A DNA stretch of 41,858 bases from a virus. Positions 1-9,488 of this stretch are shown here, piece after piece. Made by a program: the position numbers and the translations under genes. Below the pieces are notes generated by a model. That model was given only the letters and a program-made list of their open reading frames with translations. It did not search any database and was not told the origin of the DNA. Location: UHGV virus genome UHGV-0466892. One strand, 5' to 3'. Positions within the stretch are counted from its first letter, which is position 1. The number at the start of each line of letters is the position of its first letter.

Positions 1-361
1 GATAATCCAGCCACAAATTATATTGCGCCAGTTCCTCACCTTTCAGACGACCAATCGCCGCTTTACCAGGCCATTGCTTACTGTTTATGTATTCGTTGAC
101 CTGATTAATCAATTGCTGCTTTTCCAATTCGGCTGCGGCAATTTGTTCCTCATGAGTTGGCGGTGGAATATCAATCCATGCAGGCATTCTGTCGATGACA
201 CCTCTGTATTTTCCTTCTGGTGCTTCCTTCATAAATTCGGCGGCAACAGTGTCGTCAATTTCGATTCCATCATCTGGCCATTCGCCGGATTCCTGATAAG
301 CGATTTTAAGCTCCACAGGGAAAAACGCATTTTTATTGGCACTGAAAATATATTTCTGCAT
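1..361 (-). CDS. tail fiber assembly protein (Tfa), 5' part; the ORF runs off the window start and continues at 41858..41779
   Basis: Not in the ORF track because it has no stop inside the window. ATG at 361-359; translation MQKYIFSANKNAFFPVELKIAYQESGEWPDDGIEIDD...GRLKGEELAQYNLWLDY is typical of the lambda Tfa / Mu U family; lies 2 nt downstream of the fiber gene stop. Confidence 0.8.
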   Translation of the reverse strand, partial: MQKYIFSANKNAFFPVELKIAYQESGEWPDDGIEIDDTVAAEFMKEAPEGKYRGVIDRMPAWIDIPPPTHEEQIAAAELEKQQLINQVNEYINSKQWPGKAAIGRLKGEELAQYNLWLDY

Positions 362-363
362 TT

Positions 364-1170
364 CTACCGTCCTATCGAAATATAACTGAATCTGTATTGC
401 TGTGAGATATCACTGGTTGCCACACGCCACGCTGAATTACTGATATGTTCAAAATTTACAGACAAAACCTGCGGGGCAGGATTCGACGGGTCTGACTGAA
501 CGGCATCAGACATAACACTGACTGAAACCATCGGCTGATTAGGGAATGGTATAGGGAAGTGTCCACTGATAAAGCGGGTCGTGTTTCCTGAAAAAGTGCC
601 AAACTGAACAATATATCCACCTGGTAGCCTGAACCATCCCGAACCAGAAGCGAATGCTCCCATATCCGGTATCTGATTTTCCCCCGTCCCGACATTCCTT
701 TTCGATGCCGTTCCCAAACCAAGGTATGTGAGAATGTCAGCAATAGTATTTTTCCCAATAATGTCACGGCCAACAGAAGTTAAATCAGTCTGCGCTGCTG
801 TATCATTTCCAGTGAAATATGGGAGTTTATTTGCACCTGTTGCGAGCCCAGCTAATGCCGACAGCGTGGCATCAAGCGCCTGGAAATCTTTCCCGAAAGC
901 GGTCCCCATTTTGGATATAAACCCGTTCAGGTCTCCATCATCAAGCACATCCAGCCTGCTTTTGTTGGCGGTGTACTGCGCCAACGCTGCCGCGATAAAG
1001 CTGGCTTGCCGAATAGCTTTGTTGACCTGTGCGCTGGATGCTTTACCTGCCGTAAACCCTGAAAGCAGAGCCGGAAGTGCTTCCCAGTCAGCTTGTGAGG
1101 TGACGTTAGCGTTCGGATCAAGCGCGAAAGGTTTAAAGTTGTTTATTGCCATTAGAGTATTGTCCCCCAT
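364..1170 (-). CDS. tail fiber protein (gpH-like); constant N-terminal part about residues 1-153, variable C-terminal part after a GLG motif
   Basis: 268-aa ORF positioned after baseplate J and gpI-like genes and before Tfa; the internal gix-like site at 709-734 divides constant and variable parts. Confidence 0.75.
   Translation of the reverse strand: MGDNTLMAINNFKPFALDPNANVTSQADWEALPALLSGFTAGKASSAQVNKAIRQASFIAAALAQYTANKSRLDVLDDGDLNGFISKMGTAFGKDFQALDATLSALAGLATGANKLPYFTGNDTAAQTDLTSVGRDIIGKNTIADILTYLGLGTASKRNVGTGENQIPDMGAFASGSGWFRLPGGYIVQFGTFSGNTTRFISGHFPIPFPNQPMVSVSVMSDAVQSDPSNPAPQVLSVNFEHISNSAWRVATSDISQQYRFSYISIGR
709..734. other. gix/hix-like inversion crossover site inside the tail fiber gene
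   Basis: Plus strand cgttcccaaacc aa ggtatgtgagaa; falls exactly at the GLG codons (fiber residues 151-153) that also occur at the head of the start-less fiber cassette. Confidence 0.6.
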
Positions 1171-1832
1171 GCTCCAACATCGAACCCGCCGATGTATTCG
1201 TTATCCATATCAAACCCAAAGAATTTAGAGCCCTCGGATGGTGCTTCTACCGAAGGCGTTTCAACATCACCGGCCCATACGCCAGCTGCTTTAACGGTGA
1301 GATAGCCCTGTTTGATAGCGGCAATCAGTTCAAGAGACACATCAGAAATATCAGTCTCGGGGAATACCCAAACCGATATCGTCATGTCCTGGTTGTCGAC
1401 AATTTGCATCCTCAGGCCTGAGCCTTCAGTCGCAGCGTCAAGGATGGGAGGCAGAGAGTCGTTCCGACCGTCCCAGTTGTTGATAGCGATTTTCGCTTTC
1501 AGAATGATGCGGTACGTCTCATCGCTTAGCGTCGTATAGCCAGAATCAGGATCATATGGCCCTTGCCAGATGCCCTGGTCATACCCAAGCCCGTCAGTGT
1601 CCCAGCTGAAATAAACTCCGCTAATTGGCTGGCTGACTATGCGACTGCGTCCGATCCACAGACCGAGGATGTCGAGCTGTACACCGACAGCAGTATCAAT
1701 ATCGAAGGCTGTTATAAGCCCTGACATAGTGCTGGACACATCAATCAGCGGGCGGGTGCTCAGATCTATATGGTCAAAAAAGAGTGGCTTGGTAGCGTGG
1801 TAGTTAGTGATCAGTTCGGTGTATTTGCTCAT
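1152..1832 (-). CDS. baseplate/tail protein, P2 gpI-like
   Basis: 226-aa ORF between baseplate J-like gene and tail fiber, matching the P2 V-W-J-I-H-G gene order; family assignment by position and size only. Confidence 0.55.
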   Translation of the reverse strand: MSKYTELITNYHATKPLFFDHIDLSTRPLIDVSSTMSGLITAFDIDTAVGVQLDILGLWIGRSRIVSQPISGVYFSWDTDGLGYDQGIWQGPYDPDSGYTTLSDETYRIILKAKIAINNWDGRNDSLPPILDAATEGSGLRMQIVDNQDMTISVWVFPETDISDVSLELIAAIKQGYLTVKAAGVWAGDVETPSVEAPSEGSKFFGFDMDNEYIGGFDVGAWGTIL

Positions 1833-3028
1833 GAGGTCACCGTGATACTGATATTCGCGGTGCTACAGGACGCAGAAGCATCATAGGCAATATCAATGTT
1901 TGATGCCGATACGCTGCCAGACGACTTACCGATCAGCAGGTCGGTAATATCGTAATAGCGGGCATTCCCGCCGCTCACAACGCCGAGGTTTGCCGGGGAA
2001 TAAATACGGCTCAGCAGAACGTCGTCGCCAATTGTTAGGCCATTTATATAATCGGCAACAGCCTGTTTAATCTGCTCGCCGATTTGAGAGGTATAGCCGG
2101 TAAAAACTTTCAGGGTAATGGCTACGAAAATTGGCACATCGGTAGAGCGCGAAAAACTGATGACGTGTGGATTACCGTAAGTATCCGGCACCGTGACAGA
2201 AGTTTTACCGTAAGTTGCGGTTCCCTGCCCTTTACTCCCCCGGATTGTTTGGGCTATCTCGGTAACATCCCCTCCATCGACGATGGCGGAAATAGAGTGT
2301 GGCGGCAGCCCGTTGCTGTCGGTTGCCCCAGTGTCGTTCTCATATAGTTTGTGACGTGTCACGCCAGCAACATTAGCGATAGCACCGTCGACACCTTCAA
2401 ACGGTGTGATCGATGGTAGCGCGACGCTTTGCCCCTGCCGAATGCGCAGCTCTGCGTCGGTTTCGGCTGGTGAACCGACAGTAGCCGCAACTGGATTGGT
2501 TACCGACACCCAACCTCGGGTCGGGGTGTTGATAGTGGTAATAGTCCCGGCCAGCGCCGCAACCGAACCGCTATTCGCACATGTGGCCGTCACCAGCACA
2601 GTACCATCAACGCCGATCGCTACACTTGCGGGAAAATTCCAGATAATGCCGTTTTTATCCCGTGCGGAGCCATTCGTGATAGTCGTGCCTGCCGTACCGG
2701 TTAACAGAAGGTCAGCAGTAGAGTTTGTCGCTACTTTTCGCGTGATCCCGTTAATTTTCACATTGCTGCTAAGCGCTGCGGCCTGCGCTGTCGTCGGTGA
2801 AAAAGAGTTGTAGATCCCGATAGCGGTGTTGTTAGCGTCATGCACGGCAAGAGCCACCAGCGCGACCATCTGCCCGTCTTTGCTGTCTGGTTCGAGGTAG
2901 GCATCACTACCGTAAATCTGCCTGAAATAGCTGGTCAGTGTATCTAGGATTGTCTGGTAATCAGGCGCACTAATCCCCTGGGCGGTTACCGTTGCCGATA
3001 GCCCCAGCGTGTCGAGGTTCAAAGCCAT
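1829..3028 (-). CDS. baseplate J-like protein (P2 gpJ / Mu gp47 family)
   Basis: 399-aa ORF, overlapping stop/start with neighbours; position in baseplate module; sequence character of baseplate J proteins. Confidence 0.75.
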   Translation of the reverse strand: MALNLDTLGLSATVTAQGISAPDYQTILDTLTSYFRQIYGSDAYLEPDSKDGQMVALVALAVHDANNTAIGIYNSFSPTTAQAAALSSNVKINGITRKVATNSTADLLLTGTAGTTITNGSARDKNGIIWNFPASVAIGVDGTVLVTATCANSGSVAALAGTITTINTPTRGWVSVTNPVAATVGSPAETDAELRIRQGQSVALPSITPFEGVDGAIANVAGVTRHKLYENDTGATDSNGLPPHSISAIVDGGDVTEIAQTIRGSKGQGTATYGKTSVTVPDTYGNPHVISFSRSTDVPIFVAITLKVFTGYTSQIGEQIKQAVADYINGLTIGDDVLLSRIYSPANLGVVSGGNARYYDITDLLIGKSSGSVSASNIDIAYDASASCSTANISITVTS

Positions 3029-3382
3029 TTATGCCTCGCTTGTTACAGTCGTCTGGCCGTAGATTGTGTCAATGGAGGAAGTGAAGGTGACGCGACGGCT
3101 GGTGCCGTCATAATTGGTATCGAAGGAAAGAATCGACAGAACGCCCGGTGTATCCTGTATGCGTTCGCGTATAGCCAGGATGTAGACATCTGATCGCTGC
3201 TTCCCAAGCACTGACTGAACATACGGCGTGCCTTCCGTCAGATCGAGAAACCACTGACCGCGCCACAGCTCGAAACGGGTTTTTACGGCCTGGGCGACAC
3301 ATTCCGGACTGTCGATAAGGAAAGTATCGTCACCCTGGCCGAAAGTGTAATCGCCTTCAGTATCTTCGCGACGGTATCGCAT
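3029..3382 (-). CDS. baseplate wedge protein (gpW / gp25-like)
   Basis: 117-aa ORF between spike and baseplate J genes; size and position typical of gpW/gp25. Confidence 0.55.
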   Translation of the reverse strand: MRYRREDTEGDYTFGQGDDTFLIDSPECVAQAVKTRFELWRGQWFLDLTEGTPYVQSVLGKQRSDVYILAIRERIQDTPGVLSILSFDTNYDGTSRRVTFTSSIDTIYGQTTVTSEA

Positions 3383-4122
3383 TATTGCGGCCCTCCGGTA
3401 GTTCCCCCGCCAGTCTGTACTCCGCCATGTTTATGCGTGGCGACACTGATACCAGAAGCTGTTACGTCATTCGTTACCGTCACCGGCCCAAGCATCGTCG
3501 CAGTACCGCCGCTTTCGCCCATTCCCTGAGACAAGTTGCCATTAATCGTTACGTTGCCGTTCAGCGTGATAGTCGGGGATGTGATTGTCGTTCCACCTTC
3601 AGCCGTAGCTGTAAGCTGGCCCGGTGTTTTAATGGTGATGTTATGTCCTGCGGCGACTTCTACAAACGCCGCACCATCATCGGTTCGCAGCTGCGCGGCG
3701 CTGGTACTGATACCGCTGATTTTCCGTGCTTGCGACTGCGGGCCAACGATGGCGAACGCATCAGATAAGTCATGCTGGCGCGGGTCGACGGTCTCCTGAA
3801 CGCCGCCGCTCTGCCACCAAAAATCGATGCAACGGTCAGCAAAAATCAGGAGGCACTCGTCGCCTTCTTTTACCGGAAAGGTCAGCGTGCAACCGCCGCC
3901 GCGCGGGAAGATGACCGGCACATCCACCAGCGGTTTTAATTCGGTGGATCCATCGCCAACAATACCGCGTAGCGCCACCTCTACTGTGCAGGTAACAGTC
4001 TCAGGATCGAACGACTGAATGATGCCGGGCATCGCTACGCGCATCTGGGTCGACACCGAATCGGCAATGGCCTGCGCGGTCTGCTGCTCACCGCCGATCT
4101 GTGATTGAGTTGGAATTGGCAT
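3382..4122 (-). CDS. baseplate spike / puncturing protein (gpV / gp5-like)
   Basis: 246-aa ORF; Gly/Thr-rich beta-helix-like C-terminus (NITIKTPGQLTATAEGGTTITSPTITLNGNVTINGN) typical of tail spikes; ATG at 4122-4120 preceded by a G-rich Shine-Dalgarno. Confidence 0.7.
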   Translation of the reverse strand: MPIPTQSQIGGEQQTAQAIADSVSTQMRVAMPGIIQSFDPETVTCTVEVALRGIVGDGSTELKPLVDVPVIFPRGGGCTLTFPVKEGDECLLIFADRCIDFWWQSGGVQETVDPRQHDLSDAFAIVGPQSQARKISGISTSAAQLRTDDGAAFVEVAAGHNITIKTPGQLTATAEGGTTITSPTITLNGNVTINGNLSQGMGESGGTATMLGPVTVTNDVTASGISVATHKHGGVQTGGGTTGGPQ

Positions 4123-4137
4123 AAAACCCCCATAAAA

Positions 4138-4157
4138 AAACCAGCCGAAGCTGGTTT
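4138..4157 (-). terminator. rho-independent terminator hairpin (minus strand) directly upstream of the spike gene
   Basis: Stem aaaccagc / gctggttt with 4-nt loop; on the minus strand it is followed by a T-run (complement of 4134-4137). Confidence 0.5.
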
Positions 4158-4344
4158 GGTATCAATTATCTCTTAGTAACTAAGCTACATCAGTGTGAAG
4201 TAAGGCTTTTCCGCTGCAATGGCACACATTCACAAGGTGTATTAGGATATGTTTGCAACAAGTAAGCATTGAAAATCAATTTCAGCCATGAAGCCGCCAT
4301 AGAGTGGACCTGCACCATCGCATTATTGACTACAGGAGTAACAA

Positions 4345-4635
4345 ATGGGATTTAGATTTCGTAAAAGAATCCGGATTGCGCCCGGACTCGCGATCAACAT
4401 TAGTAAAAGCGGAGTAAGCACTTCAATTGGTGGTAAAGGTTCCACCATTAACATCGGGAAAAAAGGCGTAAAGATGACAAATGGCCTTCCCGGCACGGGG
4501 CTGTCGCATACCACTAACCTTTACTCTCCCGGGAAATCGACAGAAAAAAAACAACTTACTCATAAGCAAAAAATAATTAGAAACATCCTGTTCGTAATTA
4601 TTGTGTTTATTATAATTAAAGCTCAATATTTTTGA
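4345..4635 (+). CDS. DUF4236-like small protein with C-terminal transmembrane helix (cargo gene)
   Basis: ATG at 4345 with AGGAG 7 nt upstream; N-terminus MGFRFRKRIRIAPGLAINISKSGVSTSIGGKG matches the DUF4236 signature as recalled; hydrophobic C-terminus ILFVIIVFIII; opposite strand to the tail operon; followed by a terminator. Confidence 0.65.
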   Translation: MGFRFRKRIRIAPGLAINISKSGVSTSIGGKGSTINIGKKGVKMTNGLPGTGLSHTTNLYSPGKSTEKKQLTHKQKIIRNILFVIIVFIIIKAQYF

Positions 4636-4640
4636 CGCAT

Positions 4641-4670
4641 GCCCGCCTATCTGGCGGGCTATTTTACTTT
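4641..4670 (+). terminator. rho-independent terminator after the DUF4236 gene
   Basis: gcccgcc tatct ggcgggc stem-loop followed by tattttactttt. Confidence 0.65.
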
Positions 4671-5003
4671 TCGGCAGTCGTATGTTGCATACTGACGCGG
4701 CGAATCCATGCTGGCTTGCAACCACTGTGCGTTGAGAATGGCTTTGCCGTTTCGATTGATGTACTCAAGACCAACCCATCTTCCAGGCTGATCGGTAGCC
4801 ATACGCCAATCCATCTTGATATTGTTATAATCGCCTTTGTTTTTCAGGAAGGTGATTTTTTGCATTTCTGGCTTTGCGCCATTGATTCTGGCTAAGCCAT
4901 CATCTGCCCAATGGATTTTAAAATCACCACATTGCTGATCCGCAAAAGCGGGTGCTGATATAAGCACCGCGAACACGGTAACAGTGCAAAGTAAATGTCT
5001 CAC
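4659..5003 (-). CDS. small secreted protein with cleavable signal peptide (cargo gene)
   Basis: GTG start at 5003 with GAGGTGG Shine-Dalgarno; N-terminus MRHLLCTVTVFAVLISAPAFA|DQQ is a classic Sec signal; two Cys in the mature part; unrelated to tail proteins. Confidence 0.55.
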   Translation of the reverse strand: MRHLLCTVTVFAVLISAPAFADQQCGDFKIHWADDGLARINGAKPEMQKITFLKNKGDYNNIKMDWRMATDQPGRWVGLEYINRNGKAILNAQWLQASMDSPRQYATYDCRKVK

Positions 5004-5015
5004 GGCCCCACCTCA

Positions 5016-6080
5016 CTAATTCGTCGTCCCTTGCATTGCTTTCGGGCTATAAAGATCACGAGCGCCACGCGCAAAACACATCAAATCCATGTACCACGCC
5101 TGACCTCTGGTGTCGCCAGTATAGTCGATAGCTTTGACGATATAAACGCCATCCGTCGCAATGCTGGCAGCCTGTGACGTCGTGCCGGTCAGCACACGGT
5201 TGCCGTTCTCTTCTGTTTCGGTGATACGCCCGGGCGACTGTGCTATTTCGCTATTGCCGAGCGTGGCGCGGTACACCGAAGCCTGATCGAGCTGGATAAG
5301 ACCATTAATACGGATGTTTGGGTTTATCAGGCACCGCACGTTTACTCCGCCGCCCATCGTTTGTTGCGGCATACCGATCAGGCCAGTATTGGCATTCAAC
5401 ACAATGGCTTCGTGAATATATTTATCCTCCGGCACCATCTGGACCTGACCATCCACCAGTTGCCATGTCGCTTTGCACTGCGCAGCAATATTATCCATCA
5501 CGTTGCGGCTGGATGAGTAAATCGCGCGGCCACGAGGAAACACGGTATCAGGAAAATCGCCGGTAATGCCCTGTGTCACGCCGAACGCGTTGAAATCCTG
5601 CATCGTCGCCCGGTGCAGATCCGCAACGGTATAGCCAGCGGCAAGCGTGGTGATGGTAGTCGCGTAGAGGAACGCTTCGTGGTTACTGATGGCCTGAATC
5701 AGCACCCAGGAATCGGTGATGTTGTCCTTCCCGGTGACGGTGAAGCGAATATCACCGTCAAATATCAGGCCGTAGTTCTGACCGTTCACCTGCCCTACCT
5801 GGTCTGGTGAAATCTCCCGGGCGACACCAACCTGGCTCGCATCAACATCCGGCGCAATACCGTCATACCCGGCAATGATGCGAATTTTTGCAAACTCCTG
5901 CCCCAGTATCTTGTTCGTGGTATCGGTCGAAAGGTTGTAAATTTTCACGTTTGCCACGCGCGGCCAGCGTGTATCTGCCCACTCGATCTGGAACGTGACC
6001 TTAAAATCAGACAGGGAAATACCCTGCCCGTTCTGGTCCAACAGCTGCAACTCAAAATGGCGCATCCAGTTAAGAGACAT
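5016..6080 (-). CDS. baseplate hub / tail protein (gpD / gp27-like)
   Basis: 354-aa ORF between tape measure-proximal genes and the spike; assignment by position and size. Confidence 0.5.
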   Translation of the reverse strand: MSLNWMRHFELQLLDQNGQGISLSDFKVTFQIEWADTRWPRVANVKIYNLSTDTTNKILGQEFAKIRIIAGYDGIAPDVDASQVGVAREISPDQVGQVNGQNYGLIFDGDIRFTVTGKDNITDSWVLIQAISNHEAFLYATTITTLAAGYTVADLHRATMQDFNAFGVTQGITGDFPDTVFPRGRAIYSSSRNVMDNIAAQCKATWQLVDGQVQMVPEDKYIHEAIVLNANTGLIGMPQQTMGGGVNVRCLINPNIRINGLIQLDQASVYRATLGNSEIAQSPGRITETEENGNRVLTGTTSQAASIATDGVYIVKAIDYTGDTRGQAWYMDLMCFARGARDLYSPKAMQGTTN

Positions 6081-6082
6081 TT

Positions 6083-6388
6083 CTACTCCTGCACGAAAAT
6101 GAGGTGGCTGTATGTGCCGAGGTTGGTTTTGGTGGGCTCGTCTGGTGCGCCCTTATCGGTCGCCACCACCAGCGCACCATCAATGCCAAGCTGTGGAAAT
6201 TGTCGTAAAAGGTTCACGCCGGTCAGTAGAGGTACGCCAGAGAGAAGCGCGGCACCGCCGCTATCCATCACGTCCATAATCCAACCAGCCGCATCGCGCC
6301 AGATGATCCTGAGCGTATACGTAGTATTGCCCAGCAAAACGCGGAACTGCTGATTGTCAGGAGAAAGCGGTATTTCGTTAAACTGCAT
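6083..6388 (-). CDS. tail/baseplate assembly protein (hypothetical)
   Basis: 101-aa ORF tightly packed in the tail operon. Confidence 0.45.
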   Translation of the reverse strand: MQFNEIPLSPDNQQFRVLLGNTTYTLRIIWRDAAGWIMDVMDSGGAALLSGVPLLTGVNLLRQFPQLGIDGALVVATDKGAPDEPTKTNLGTYSHLIFVQE

Positions 6389-6389
6389 A

Positions 6390-6992
6390 TCATCCCCCGA
6401 ATGCTGATGTAACGCTTCCGCCCAGCTGGCTCAGCAAAGATTCGTTTGGCGGTGTAGTGGATTTCGTCCCGGAATTTTGCACCGCCGATGTGCTGACGCC
6501 ATCCTGCATATCTGATTTATCAGCAACGCTAACGCTCTGCGTTTGCGACATGATCACTTCACGCAGGGTAAGCGTGCAGTTCAGCACGTTCTCGCTGGTT
6601 TTGTCCGTTGTCACCTCGATGGCTCTCACCAGCATATTGCTGTACACCCGCTTCCCGGTCACCACATCGAACGGCACCCGGGAGGACTGGAGATCCAGCA
6701 GTTGCTGATAGGTCTCTTTCGGGCTCAGTCCGGCGCTGAGGCCGATTGAAGATGTATCAATGAAGTCCAGCAACGAACCGCCCCCAGCGAAGCCGCATTC
6801 CATTGTGACTTCGCTGGGGCGCTTATACGCATGATCGGCGATGAAACCCGAGGCGCTATTCGTTGTTGGCTTCTCCACCGGGTGCTCAGTAATTTCGAGC
6901 GCATCAGAATGCTTTTCGGAAACGACCACGCTGGGGATCAGCAGGCCAATTCGCCGTGATTGCTGGCGAAAAATCGCTGATAAAATATCCAT
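6390..6992 (-). CDS. tail protein downstream of tape measure (hypothetical)
   Basis: 200-aa ORF; its start overlaps the tape measure stop at 6992. Confidence 0.45.
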   Translation of the reverse strand: MDILSAIFRQQSRRIGLLIPSVVVSEKHSDALEITEHPVEKPTTNSASGFIADHAYKRPSEVTMECGFAGGGSLLDFIDTSSIGLSAGLSPKETYQQLLDLQSSRVPFDVVTGKRVYSNMLVRAIEVTTDKTSENVLNCTLTLREVIMSQTQSVSVADKSDMQDGVSTSAVQNSGTKSTTPPNESLLSQLGGSVTSAFGG

Positions 6993-9259
6993 TATCTCGG
7001 TCCTGCGGGGAGTTGCTGGGTTAACTGTGAATTCACACCCTTTTGACGGTCAACAGTCAAACGGGCAGCTTCGCGAGGATCGGAAACGCCGTGGATGTTA
7101 ATGTTCGTTTCCTGCTGAATCACCGGGGCGCTGGTGGGCATATTGCTCATTACTTTCGGAATGTAATTGCGCGTTTCCTGCGGCATTAGCCCCATTCCAT
7201 AACGTTGAACGTTCCCGATTCCCCAGTTATATGATGCAAGTGCTTTGCTAAGGTCTCCGCCGTTCTGCCGCAATAGCTGGCTAAGGTACTTAGCGGCTGC
7301 CTGAGCTGACTTTTCCGGGTCGAACACATCGTTACCACGCAGGCCCATGTCTCGCGCCGTGCCATCCATGAACTGGAACAGCCCCTTTGCACCCGCGCCG
7401 GACATGGCGAACTGGTTACCACCTGACTCGGTTATCGCCACACTTTTCAATAGACCAGCTGGAAGTTGATAAAGCGACTCAAGTTTATTGAACATTGGCC
7501 CCATCCAGTCGAGCAATACTTTGCCCTGGGCTGTGGCCTGTGGACGTTTGACTGATTGCGCAAACTGGGAGGGGTCACCCGATATATTTGGAGAGATTTC
7601 AGCAGCTCCAGCCGGGGAGAAAAATAAATTACCGATTTTGGCAATCCCGTCTGAGATTTTTTCAAGATAACCATTAGCAGCCTGCTGACGGTTTTTTATT
7701 TCATCTCTTTCATGCGGGGCAATTTCATTACTACGAACATGCTGTTCCGCCCCGGGAATGTCAGGCTGAACATTATCGCCATAAACGACGCCATTGCTTT
7801 GCGCCTGACGAATAATCTTACCTGGGCCACCATGCAGCCAATCCATCCATGCGGGCCATTCTCTTACCTCGCTAACATCTTTTCGCCCAAGGTCGGTTTT
7901 GATGCCAACCGTAGCAAGAGCATCACCAATGTTCCTTTTGGTATAGTCCAAAGATGATTTAGCACTGGCTTTTATGTTTTCACGATCTGAAACCAGGTAA
8001 CCAGCATACGCTCCCCATAATTTAAGCCATGGAGGTATCGGAAGACCGGATATTTTTGCGAATGCTCCCAATACTTTTGTTACCCATACCCCAGCGATGA
8101 AAGTAGCCAAAATTTCCAGCGAGTTCTGCCATCCACCAACAGAATCTTTCAGCCCCAGAAGCTTATCGCGCAGCCAGAGAATTGCCTTTTTCGCCTTTTC
8201 TATTGCAGGCTCCCACTTGGACCAGTCAATCAGGCTTTTACCGCCTTCTTTCCACGTCTGATAATCGTCATAGAGTAATCCGATCGCCAGAATCAGCGTG
8301 GTGATAATTCCAATCGGGGATTTCAGGAACGCAGAATTAAGCAGACGCCATGCGACAAGTAGAGCACCGAATATTTTCAGCAGATTTTTACTGCCATCGT
8401 CAAGACGCTTCCACCAGTCAATGACAGAGCCAGCGCCCTGTATGAGCCGCCACGCCATTCGCGTGAAGGCGTTCGCAAGCCAGATCACGCCTTTAATAAC
8501 TCTGGTCAGCGTCTCTTCAATCTTCGGGAAGTTGTCGAGGATGCGCCGCCGCAGGCTGTCCAGCGAACCAGCAAGACCACCAGCGAGGTTTGAGCCGATC
8601 TTGTCCCGCATAATGCCGAACAGCGACGTAAGCCCGCGCATGGACGTCATGAATTTATTGGACTGCACAGCCGCCTTATCAGCGTTGAACCCAGTCTTTT
8701 GCAGCATAGACTGGTAATCGGCGGTAAAGCCATTCATGCCGCGCCGCATCGCCATCAGCGTGTTTTCATCGATGCCAAGCATCTGCGCGTATTGCTTCGC
8801 GCGGTAATACGGCATGTTGTTGAGCTTTTGCCCAACGCCAGTAAAGATGGCCGCAGTATCACGCATCTTTCCGCTGGCATCTCGGGTCTGGACACCAAGA
8901 CGGTTCAGGAAGCCTTCCGCCCCCGGATTGCTACGCATGAAACCGGCCAGCCCTTCGAGGGAGGACATGGCCGACTCGGCGCTGGCACCGGTTTGCGACG
9001 CGGCATAGCCCAGCGCTTTGATGCCCTGGACGCTGGCCCCCGTCCGTTGGGATGCCCAGTAAATTTTATCCAGACCATTCGCGATCTGGGTGGTAAATCC
9101 GACAATGCTCAGCGCTGCGCCTTCCACCACCGCGCCGACCTTCAGAACGTTTGCGGTAACGCCTTTCAGCACGGCTTCAAACTTATTAGCGCCAGCCTGA
9201 TCGATATCGAATCCCAGCGAAACAAGGAAGTCTTTAATCGTATCTGCGTTACCGCTCAT
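6992..9259 (-). CDS. tail tape measure protein with C-terminal lytic transglycosylase domain
   Basis: 755-aa ORF after the chaperone gene; membrane-like central region; C-terminal motifs ITESGGN, GLFQFMDGTARDMG, ASYNWG typical of SLT-type lytic transglycosylases. Confidence 0.85.
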   Translation of the reverse strand: MSGNADTIKDFLVSLGFDIDQAGANKFEAVLKGVTANVLKVGAVVEGAALSIVGFTTQIANGLDKIYWASQRTGASVQGIKALGYAASQTGASAESAMSSLEGLAGFMRSNPGAEGFLNRLGVQTRDASGKMRDTAAIFTGVGQKLNNMPYYRAKQYAQMLGIDENTLMAMRRGMNGFTADYQSMLQKTGFNADKAAVQSNKFMTSMRGLTSLFGIMRDKIGSNLAGGLAGSLDSLRRRILDNFPKIEETLTRVIKGVIWLANAFTRMAWRLIQGAGSVIDWWKRLDDGSKNLLKIFGALLVAWRLLNSAFLKSPIGIITTLILAIGLLYDDYQTWKEGGKSLIDWSKWEPAIEKAKKAILWLRDKLLGLKDSVGGWQNSLEILATFIAGVWVTKVLGAFAKISGLPIPPWLKLWGAYAGYLVSDRENIKASAKSSLDYTKRNIGDALATVGIKTDLGRKDVSEVREWPAWMDWLHGGPGKIIRQAQSNGVVYGDNVQPDIPGAEQHVRSNEIAPHERDEIKNRQQAANGYLEKISDGIAKIGNLFFSPAGAAEISPNISGDPSQFAQSVKRPQATAQGKVLLDWMGPMFNKLESLYQLPAGLLKSVAITESGGNQFAMSGAGAKGLFQFMDGTARDMGLRGNDVFDPEKSAQAAAKYLSQLLRQNGGDLSKALASYNWGIGNVQRYGMGLMPQETRNYIPKVMSNMPTSAPVIQQETNINIHGVSDPREAARLTVDRQKGVNSQLTQQLPAGPR

Positions 9260-9488
9260 TGGCCGCTCTCCATTTATCTACCCGGGCGTCGTTATCCTCG
9301 CGCATGTCGAGGTAGTCATTGAGAAGCGCGATACGGCAGAGGTCTACCGCACCGCTGTTAAGGTCTTTCTGGTCAATATGGAAGGCAAGCGCCGGACGAA
9401 GAATAAAGTCTTCACCGCCCGGCAGGCTGTTGAAGGTTATTCCGCTGGCGGGGTGGGCGTCTCGCTGGTAGGGAGTCCTTGCAAAAAA
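9249..9488 (-). CDS. putative -1 frameshift extension of the tail assembly chaperone (gpG-T-like)
   Basis: Slippery heptamer T_TTT_TTG on the minus strand (plus coords 9482-9488) near the chaperone 3' end; the -1 frame is open from there to a TAA at 9251-9249, just inside the tape measure start. Confidence 0.45.
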   Translation of the reverse strand, partial: FFARTPYQRDAHPASGITFNSLPGGEDFILRPALAFHIDQKDLNSGAVDLCRIALLNDYLDMREDNDARVDKWRAANER

